The notes beneath the pieces are model-generated. The model made no database searches and was not told the DNA's origin. It saw only the letters and a program-made list of their open reading frames with translations. This document shows, one piece after another, positions 54,968-64,000 of a DNA stretch of 64,000 bases (position 1 is the stretch's first letter; each line of letters opens with the position of its first letter). The translations under genes and the position numbers were made by a program. The stretch spans positions 195,486,001 through 195,550,000 of the forward strand of contig OX597814.1 of assembly GCA_951406725.2 (NCBI GenBank). Reading direction: 5' to 3'. This stretch comes from Octopus vulgaris (lineage: Eukaryota).

Positions 54968-56244
54968 CATACAGATAGATATATATGTGCGTACATCCGC
55001 ATGTACTTGTATGCTTGTGTAATGTATACACACATATGCATATAAGTATGTAAGTGTGTGTGCATGTGAGTATGTGTGCAGATCGTCGATCGATCTCGTC
55101 AACTAAACCCATCACTCCACTCTACAAAAAAAAAAAGAAAAGAAAATTCACCATTGTTCTTGAGGAAGAAATCGATATTAAAATCTTACAGTGTAATCCT
55201 CAATTCACTGCTTCTTACAGAATATTTTCCAGTTTCTCTACTGAAAGGTTTGATTAAAACCAAACATTTCTATGATTTATTAAAATGTAAGTGTGTGATT
55301 GCGTTTTATTCTACGTTATTTCGTGTGTGCTGCTGTTGGCAGATGCGTGTTTGGTAAAACGATGAAAACGATGAAATGTTTCTAAGACGCTTTCGAAAGA
55401 AGATGGCAGCAGATTGCATGTAACTGTGGACGGGCGATTTTAGTATTTAAAGGCTCTTGGGACTGTGGGAATTATTTACAATTCTTCAGAATTTAAGCCT
55501 ATTTAAAAGTGAAAGTGAAAGTGGCAAAAGTGTTCAAGTTGCTTTCAGCATAATAAGATTTATTGTAAAATTCCCTCCTCTTCCTAGTCTCGCCATCTTC
55601 CTCGCTCGTTCTCTTTCTGTCATTTGTTGTCTCTCTGTCATTTTCTCTCCCCCCTCTCTCTCTTTATCTCTCTCTCCCACGCTTTCTCACATTGTAAGAC
55701 ACTTTTCGCTAATTTTTCTGCCCGCTCCTCCCACCGCCAATCTTTATTCTTATTCACGTCTCCCTTTAATTAAAGTTTCATCTAAATTCAAACGCGTATT
55801 TGTTTATTTATCTATTTTGTTTTAGGTCAAACAGACACGCCATTTATGTTTTAAAAAATGCAATTGTATAGAAGGACACACACACACACGCACACACAAA
55901 CACACACACACACACACCACAGGCGCACACACACGTACACGCACAATGTTCATACGTACAAGCTCATGCAAGCAAACGCACACTGATGGAAACACACATC
56001 AATATATACATACGCATACTCATGCCTAACTACACACTCACACACACAATCCATTCCATAATCATATACACGAGCTCATACGTTTTAGCAGTACAGTAAC
56101 ATATAACCACACATATACATATTCACATAGACACACTTAAGATAAAAGGTTACTATATTCACACATACACACACAACTGAACGTCCATGTATGAAAGCAT
56201 TCTTAGCCTTACTTAAAGACAAACATTACATGGCTATCTTCATA

Positions 56245-56741
56245 CATGGTCTGATCAATAAGTATCCGGACAGCTGCCATAGTAACGAAGTTAAAGCACA
56301 TAGAGTAAAGCCGCTTGGTACAGGTTGACCTTAAACTCTACTGTGCATGCTCACTAAGTTTTAACGTTCTAGCTCACTTCTGCCATTTACAGCAGTGCTT
56401 TGAAAGAAGGTGTGTAGCGTGTGATCGTCGCATTGACCATGACAGAGAATCTGCATCAAATGTTGCCAAAAGCTTGGCGATACCTGCTCAGAGGCCTACA
56501 CAAAGTTCTCAAAAAGTTTTCTTCGTTCTCGACACAAACAAGATCTTGCGCAACTGGAACCCGAGAGTCTTTTTGTTCAGCTGAAAGCACTTTTGACATA
56601 AACTTGCCAGACACGCGTCTCACACCCAAATCTTCAGTGATGATGGACTGAACTGAACTGTAACTAATCTGCATATCCTCTGATAACTCACGGATGGTGT
56701 TTCGGCAGTTTTCCATCACAGCTGCACATGCATCTGTGATT
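56245..56741. mobile_element. Mariner remnant with an internal inversion
   Basis: Plus strand: end TA-CATGGTCTGATCAATAAG and RICIKCCQKLGDTCSEAY; minus strand 56510-56740: TIRELSEDMQISYSSVQSIITEDLGVRRVSGKFMSKVLSAEQK. Confidence 0.8.
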
Positions 56742-56759
56742 AAAAGATGACAAAACAAT

Positions 56760-58640
56760 AAAATCAAAGAGGCTAATAAAGGGATTGAAGTTGTCTTAAT
56801 GGACACGGTATATCATATAACTCTAGTAATATCCATATTAGAAGATATAACATATTATGAAAAGGCCTAACACTACAGTCAGCAGAAAATTATGAGACAC
56901 CTAATATCCATGTTAAACATATACAGAGAAGGACTCACCGACAAAGAATATGACTATATGACGAATTTCAAAAGTAAAACCAGTCAATTCTACGGTATTC
57001 CCAAGATACACAAAACTGAGAAATTAAGTAGGATAGCCACAGACATAATAATCAAAGTCCATACTCCTAATGACTTCAAGTTGAGAACTATCATAGCAGG
57101 TCCCACATGCGAAACCCACTCCCTCAGTAACTTTTTAGATACCCTCTTAAAACCATTCCTCAAGCATGTCAAAAGCTACATAAGAGACGACCTGGATATG
57201 CTCAATCATCTTCCTGAAACAATAAACAAAAACACCCTACTAGTATCCTTCGATGTAGTCAAACTCTATTCCAATATCCCCCACAACCTAGGAATAGAGA
57301 CAATTCAGTTCTGGCTAGAGAATCACGCCAACGAACTCCCACATCGCATCAAAAAAGAATTCGTGATAGAAGGGCTAAAATTTATCTCGGAGAATAACTA
57401 CTTCGTCTTCAAAGACAACTTCTATCGACAAAAATCGTTGACTGCGATGGGTTGGAGAATGGCCCCCTCCTTTGCTAACCTAGTCATGGGATATCTAGAA
57501 ATTAGTCTTTATCGTAAGATTCTAGAAAAATACGACAGCCAATTCTTCCTCTACATAGAAAATAACTGGAAGAGATACCTGGATGACTGTTTCATTCTTT
57601 GGCATGAAAGTATAGAGAGACTTAAAGAATTTCAAGCACTTATAAATGGACTTGACGTAAACATTCAATTCACGATGGAATATAGCCATCAACATCTTCC
57701 CTTCCTCGACATCCTCATTAAGAAATCTAACAACGTAATAGAAACAGATATATTCTATAAGCCCACGGGTTCCAAGCAATATCTACCATTCAATTCATAC
57801 CATCCCAGACACACCAGAATGAATATCTCCTTCAACCTAGCAAAAAGGATATGTACTACAGTTTCTAATGCAAGCACCAGGGACACACGACTACATGAAT
57901 TAAAGGATATACCCATCACCAGGAACTACTTACCTTCATTAATTGACTTATGCTTTCAACGTGCCCTACAACTCAACGTCCACGAACTCAGGCATCTCAA
58001 ATTAAAGAAGGATTCACAACCAAAAGCCCTACCATACATCTTCACACACAACCCTCTTAACAATAAAGCCTTCGACACCATCCTTCAAAACATTCCCCTG
58101 CTAAACAAAGGACCACAGAATGAATTTAATCCTCCAAACACACACTATCATAAAAAGTCAGAGACAGCCCAAATCTATGAAAACCTCCTAACACAAGTCC
58201 AAATACGCTCAACAACAACACTGAAGGCATCAGTAAAAAAATGCGGAAGACCCAACTGTGGGATATGCATCAGTTTAATTGAGGGATCAGAGTTCTCCTT
58301 CGAACAGGGACAACGTTTCATAGTGAAAATTAGCTTCACATGTGCGTCGGAGAACCTGATATACGCACTAACCTGCTCTGGGTGTCAAGAGCAATATATT
58401 GACCAAACAAAACAGTATGCGTCAAAGGATCGCTCTGCACAGATCCCAGATCAAAATAATAAAAAAAAAGACAGAAAAATAGCCTTCAGCCAACACATCG
58501 ACGTTTGCACCAGAAGTAAAAATCCAAGCTTCAGAATTTTACCCCTCTATCAATTCAGGGACGATACAACCTTTCGCCTACGAATTAGTAAATAGTCTCT
58601 CTTTATCACTAAATACAGACCTCTTTTGGACGCATCTACA
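56760..58640 (+). mobile_element. Penelope-like retroelement (Neptune-type), 5'-truncated
   Basis: IKEANKG (DKG motif), RT core, Cys linker CGRPNCGIC, GIY-YIG-like LIYALTCSGCQEQYIDQT. Confidence 0.9.
56892..58595 (+). pseudogene. PLE reverse transcriptase-GIY-YIG endonuclease ORF (567 aa open, probably inactive)
   Basis: FYGIPKIHK, LRTIIAG, SFDVVKLYSNI, TAMG..APSFANLVMG, RYLDDCF, LPFLDI; in-frame stop at 56868, YIG changed to YID, apparent compensating frameshifts around 58110-58190. Confidence 0.85.
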
Positions 58641-58796
58641 ACAAATGACATATCCACTACCACATTAGAATAACACACACGCAAATATTAAAAATAATAC
58701 ATTCAAAAGAGATACCCAAGAATTCATTAAAAACAGACCCAATTACTGCTATAATCCACAACGAGTCACTTTTAAGTCACTTGACTATTTAACATC

Positions 58797-58960
58797 GTCG
58801 ATTATATCGACCCCAGTGCGTAACTGGTGCTTAATTTATCGACCCCGAAAGGATGAAAGGTAAGGTCGACCTCGGCGGAATTGGGACTCAGAACGTAGCG
58901 GCATATGAAATACGGCTACGCATTTTGCCCGGTGTGCTAACGTTTCTGCCAGCTCCCCGC
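58797..58960 (-). mobile_element. SINE family A
   Basis: Family A match. Confidence 0.85.
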
Positions 58961-59629
58961 TTTAGTTGGAATAAATATTGCAACGCATTTCTTCTGAAGC
59001 CCTCCATGCAGTGGCGTTTTAATCAAAGAGATGCATTAATCCTACCAGATTATTTTATTACAGACCTTCACCCCATCACTCGAATAATGATGAGTAGCGA
59101 AGGAGCCTCTAGATAGCCGTTCCATCTATTAGAAATAGCAACCAAATATCCACTATTCGTACCCTACTGTTTTTAAAAACACGCAAGCTATATTCGATAA
59201 TATAGTCATAGAAGCACAGGTCCAATAAAATCCAGGTTAGTCAAAACTGGAAAGGTCTTGATCATAGGGCTGCTCGATCATTGATAGCCTTGGGTCAAAT
59301 AGCAATAACAACGGTCTAGTTATGAATTCCTGGTTGTTTTCTAAATCTGTTGAAGCATCTGGAATATTGGTTCTTAAATCTGGTCGGTTTCGTCCCCTTG
59401 ACAGCGTTGTAAGCTCACAAAGGGGCGCTACGATGGCGTTTGGTGTTTAGATGTGAACGCCATTTATGTTATGAATAAAATATTTAAATTTACATTTATA
59501 TTTTAGGCACATTAAAAAATCTTTGTCAAGATTAGAGTATGTATGAGGCATTGTGTTATCAGCAAGCAGAAACAAGGTTTTATATAATTTCATTAGATAA
59601 GCTCTCATTCAAAACAAAAAAAATCTTTT

Positions 59630-60420
59630 ATTCTTTTACTTGTCTCAGTCATTCAGCCGTGCCTTTGCTGTGGGACCGTCTTAAGGGATTTAGCCGAACA
59701 AATCGACTCAATTACTCGACATTTTAAAGTCTGGTACTTACGCTATCGATCTCTTTTGCTGAACCGCTAAGTTGTGCAGAAGTAAACAAATCAACACCGG
59801 TTTTCAAGTGATGGAAAGGGAAACATCAAGACAATGACCCACACAGTTTCCGTCTACCAAATTCACTCACAAAGCATTGGTCGACCTGGGGCTATAGTAG
59901 AAGAAACTTTCCCAAGGTGCCTCGCTGTGGTAGTGAACCTGAAACCATGTGGTTTCACAGCGAGCTTTTTAACCACACAGCCATGACTTTCGTAAGTTCC
60001 CCAAAAAATTCTCATAGGCGCAGGAGTGGTTGTGTGGTAAGTAGCTTGCTTACCAACCACATGGTTCCGGGTTCAGTCCCACTGCGTGGCACCTTGGGCA
60101 TGTTTCTTCTACTATAGTCTCGGGCCCACCAAAGCCTTGTAAGTGGATTTGGTAGACGGAAACTGAAAGAAACCCGTCGTGTATATATATATGTATGTGT
60201 GTGTATGTATATGTTTGTGTGTCTGTGTTTGTCCCCCCACCAACATCACTTGACAACAGATGCTGTTTTTACGTCCCCGTAATTTAGCGGTTCGGCAAGA
60301 GAGACCGATAGAGTAAGTACTAAGTCTTGGAGTCGATTTGCTCGACTAAAGGCGGTGCTCCAGCATGGCCGCAGTCAAATGACTGAAACAAATAAAAGAA
60401 TAAAAGAATAAAAAGAATAA
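59630..60420. mobile_element. Two family B SINEs head to head (59630-59985 -, 60015-60420 +)
   Basis: Family B match. Confidence 0.85.
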
Positions 60421-60559
60421 GATACACAGATGTATGTTAGGAGAGACACTATAACAAAATATGGATAATAAGCCAGAAAATTAACCGTTGTTTGATTATT
60501 CTGCAAAACGCAGAGAGCAGGAGTTGAAAATGGCGCTGTGCCACAAAAAGCTGAGAAAT

Positions 60560-61030
60560 GCTGCCGTAGAAGCTTCATTAGATTCCATTTCCCTTTTGTT
60601 TTCTTCTCTTCGTTGTATTTTCGAATGCTGCAACAGACTGACAGCTTTTGTTTTAAATGAATGCTTTTTTGATTGCAATCTTCGATCCCAATCGACAAGA
60701 GACGATCCATTTCAATCATTGTATTGCTTCTTTTTCTTGTTTGGAAATTCGATGATAAAGCTGCACTTTGGCTCCGTTCTTTATAAAGTTTCGTGATCTG
60801 AATAATATTACGAACTGTTGATTCCCTGATAACGTGAGCTCTTTCATAACTTATATACAGACCTGAGACAAAGAAAAACAAAAAAAAAAAAAAAAAAAAA
60901 AAAAAACGTGTTCTGGAATCAGCACGCGCATGATAGTTGTTGCTAATTTTTCTTCTAATCTTATAACTGTTTTCTTCTTCTTATCAATTGTGCCACTTGC
61001 ACTGGTGATGCTCGCTCATTTAGAATTCAT
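60560..61030 (-). mobile_element. Tigger/pogo transposase N-terminal fragment (CENP-B-type HTH), decayed
   Basis: KKKKTVIRLEEKL..IRESTVRNII..EMDRLLSIGIEDCNQKSI. Confidence 0.7.
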
Positions 61031-61374
61031 TATAATAAATTAAAAAAGTTGGAAATATTGTAAACCTGACTTTAACTCTTTTCGAATAGTACAGTTCTTG
61101 AATTCAATAAGGGAAAAGGTCTACCACGTCCGAGTGCATGCGAAGTATTAAATATGGCTATAATCTTTTATGTTCTTTATCTTTCATCTTTTACTGCGGC
61201 CATGCTGGAGCAACATCTGGAAGGGTTTTAGTCGAATGAATCGTCCCCAGTACTTATAATTTTATTTTTAAAATTCAAGTTTGGTACTTATTCTATCGGT
61301 CTCTTTTGACGAACGGCTAGTTAAATGGAGACATAAAAACACCAACATCGGTTGTCGAACAGTGCATATATACA

Positions 61375-61610
61375 CAGAGTGTGACAAGGCTGGCCCTTCG
61401 AATTACAGGCAAAACAGAAACAGGAAAAAAGAGTGATAGAAAGTTGTGGTGAAAGAGTACAGTAGGGTTCGCCACCACCCCTGCCGGAGATTCGTGGAAC
61501 TTTAGGTGTTTTCGCTCAATAAACACTCACAACGCCCGGTCCGGGAATCGAAACCGCGCCCCTATGACCGCGAGTCCGCTACCCTAGCCACTGGGCCATT
61601 GCGCCTCCAC
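61375..61610 (-). mobile_element. SINE family C
   Basis: Reverse complement of the GTGGAGGCGCAATGGCCCAGTGG head and body. Confidence 0.85.
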
Positions 61611-61840
61611 TTTTTTTTATAGTATATATGTATGTGTGTGTATGAGTGAGGGTGTGTGCGAACTTGTTGGTGGATTTCTTAAAAGATGTACAACTATGGA
61701 AGGCATTGCATAAATGGATCTTATTACAGGTGACCTTTATGTGTTTGTATGTTTGTATGTATGTATGCTTGTATGTGTGTGTGTATGTAAGTATGCATTT
61801 ATATAGAGTAGGGGTACGTATGTATATGTGATTCATATAT

Positions 61841-62256
61841 ATTTCTTTATTGCCTACAAGGGGATAAACATAGAGGGGACAAACAAGGACAGACAAACGG
61901 ATTAAGTCGATTATATCGACCCCAGTGCGTAACTGGTACTTTATTTATCGACCCCGAAAGGATGAAAGGCAAAGTCGACCTCGGCGGAATTTGAACTCAG
62001 AACGTAACGACATACGAAATACCTATTTCTTTACTACCCACAAGGGGCTAAACACAAAGAGGACAAACAAGGACAGACAAACGGATTAAGTCGATTATAT
62101 CGACCCCAGTGCGTAACTGGTACTTTATTTATCGACCCCGAAAGGATGAAAGGCAAAGTCGACCTCGGCGGAATTTGAACTCAGAACGTAACGACAGACG
62201 AAATACAGCTAAGCATTTCGCCCGGCGCGCTAACGTGTCTGCCAGCTCGCCGCCTT
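61841..62256 (-). mobile_element. Tandem family A SINE dimer with a single TSD
   Basis: TATATGTGATT(C/T)ATATA on both sides. Confidence 0.9.
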
Positions 62257-62939
62257 ATATGTGATTTATATAGTTAGTGTATGTCAGTTCCTAAAGGTAT
62301 TTCACATTCTTTCACATAAACCAATGTACTATTACGCATGTCACTTCAGCAACTCATTTATAGCTCCTCCCACTGACACTGTTTTTAACTCCGCCTACTC
62401 TTTCAGATTTTATCTTCTTTAACATCTAATTATCTCTTCGTTTCTAAATGTTTAACTCGATTCTGATATTCCATCAAATTTATTTTTTAGTTCTGGTTAA
62501 TATACTGTTGTCAATTAAAACTAGAAAATAATTACAGTAATGATCTAAACGTTAATTAACCTCAATGATGATCACGTGTGATCAACCACAATGAGATATT
62601 TCTTTAACAGAGTACTTTGCTGTCTCTTCATATTTGCCTTGTAATTATTTGAAACTAACATAAAATTACTAATCTGACTCATCAACGGCTGTGAATTTAA
62701 CCAAACAAATATTATTTAGATTAAAGTTTATTTTCTTTTTTGCAGTAGATTATTTAAATTATAATTTTAAATTGATAAATGCTAGAGCGCTTTCAGGAGG
62801 TGACGCACATACAAACTATGTGTGCATATATATATATATATATATATACAGATAGATATTTATACATATATATACATATATATATACATATACATACATG
62901 CATATATACACCCACACACAAACACACACACATATACAT

Positions 62940-62976
<37 letters not shown>

Positions 62977-62986
62977 CATATATATA

Positions 62987-63121
62987 TTTCTGTGGAACGG
63001 CGTAGGCTCGAAACGTTAAAGACTTTTTCAACTCCCGAGCGTTATACTAATACATCTGTTTGTTTTCTACACCACCTGTCTTTGTCTTTAGTTTTTTTTT
63101 TTTTTTTTGTGAATTCTCTCT
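62987..63121 (+). mobile_element. Short hammerhead-bearing repeat, family E2 (degenerate)
   Basis: UUU-CUGUGGA-A-CGGC-GUAG-GCUC-GAAAC-GUU-AAA. Confidence 0.55.
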
Positions 63122-63294
63122 ATATATAACATAAGGGACTAAAGCCATCTGAATATGGCTAGGGACAGGGCAGGGTGGTGGGGGTGTTACTGTTGCATTT
63201 AGCCCCAGGCGAACATCGACGTCGCTAGATAGGCTTGACACCGTCACGGTGACCTTTAACCTGCAAAGGGAGATAATTCCCCGATGAAGCGGAA

Positions 63295-63346
63295 ACCACA
63301 CACGGACCATGGTTTCAAGGTGTATTGCCTATCGTCAACGTGTGGT
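63295..63346 (-). ncRNA. Type I hammerhead ribozyme (C3U core variant)
   Basis: CACACG-UUGACGA-U-AGG-CAAUACA-CCU-U-GAAAC-CAUG-GUC-CGUGUG; predicted cleavage between 63305 and 63304. Confidence 0.75.
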
Positions 63347-63911
63347 AGGCCTCCGCTTCCTCGACGAAATCTCACTCTGCAGGTTATTCATATATAGATT
63401 TTCAAGCAAAATACATTTGCTGATTTCGAAAATCTGTTCGACAGCAATAATAATTCTCTAAAAGAGATATAGACAGTAACTGCTCGATAACATAAGGGAC
63501 TAAAGCCATCTGAATATGGCTAGGGACAGGGCAGGGTGGTGGGGGTGTTACTGTTGCATTTAGCCCCAGGCGGACATCGACGTCGCTAGATAGGCTTGAC
63601 ACCTTCACGGTGTCCTTTAACCTGCAAAGGGAGATAATTCCCCGATGAAGCGGAAACCACAAGCCTATCTAGCGACGTCGATGTTCGCCTGGGGCTAAAT
63701 GCAACAGTAACACCCCCACCACCCTGCCCTGTCCCTAGCCATATTCAGATGGCTTTAGTCCCTTATGTTATCGAGCAGTTACTGTCTATATCTCTTTTAG
63801 AAAATTATTATTGCTGTCGAACAGATTTTCGAAATCAGCAAATGTATTTTGCTTGAAAATCTATATATGAATAACCTGCAGAGTGAGATTTCGTCGAGGA
63901 AGCGGAGGCCT

Positions 63912-63963
63912 ACCACACGTTGACGATAGGCAATACACCTTGAAACCATGGTCCGTGTGTGGT
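63912..63963 (+). ncRNA. Type I hammerhead ribozyme (identical copy)
   Basis: Same motif; predicted cleavage after C63953. Confidence 0.75.
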
Positions 63964-64000
63964 TTCCGCTTCATCGGGGAATTATCTCCCTTTGCAGGTT

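Larger units (their letters stand above)
63128..64000. mobile_element. Retrozyme-like array of 360-bp monomers (1.5 tandem copies plus an inverted copy running off the window)
   Basis: Unit starts at 63128 and 63488; strand switch at 63660/63661; copies differ by only a few bases. Confidence 0.8.

Noticed and set aside
63155-63185. G-quadruplex-like run GGGACAGGGCAGGGTGGTGGGGG
   Set aside because: Present, but antisense to the ribozyme strand and with no independent evidence of function
63275-63350. Plus-strand CCGATGAAGCGGAAAC as a second, opposite-polarity ribozyme in the 360-bp monomer
   Set aside because: No stem II and only a 2-bp stem I; explained by the rod symmetry, though cheap to test in the same assay

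Overview
AT-rich, microsatellite-dense eukaryotic intergenic or intronic DNA. The SINE families and very high (TA)n/(CA)n/(TACA)n/(TCTA)n content suggest an octopus or other cephalopod genome (inference from recalled repeat families, not from a search). No host protein-coding gene could be called with confidence, and nearly all listed ORFs are microsatellite or SINE artefacts. Recognisable content: about 35 copies of three tRNA-derived SINE families; a Penelope-like element (RT + GIY-YIG, Neptune-type) at 56.7-58.7 kb; a full-length decayed Tc1 element; mariner, Tigger/pogo, hAT and Helitron derivatives; several MITEs; and CR1-group, Tx1/L1 and RTE LINE fragments. The most interesting signal is about 20 type-I hammerhead-ribozyme-like motifs, mostly in short non-coding elements within (TA)n tracts and often near the axis of inverted duplications. 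Two of these elements (a 360-bp tandem/inverted monomer at 63.1-64.0 kb and a ~300-bp element at 41.3-41.6 kb) carry a hammerhead at the tip of a long rod and share a downstream motif, so they look like a retrozyme / circular-RNA family. All RNA folds were read by eye and none was computed.
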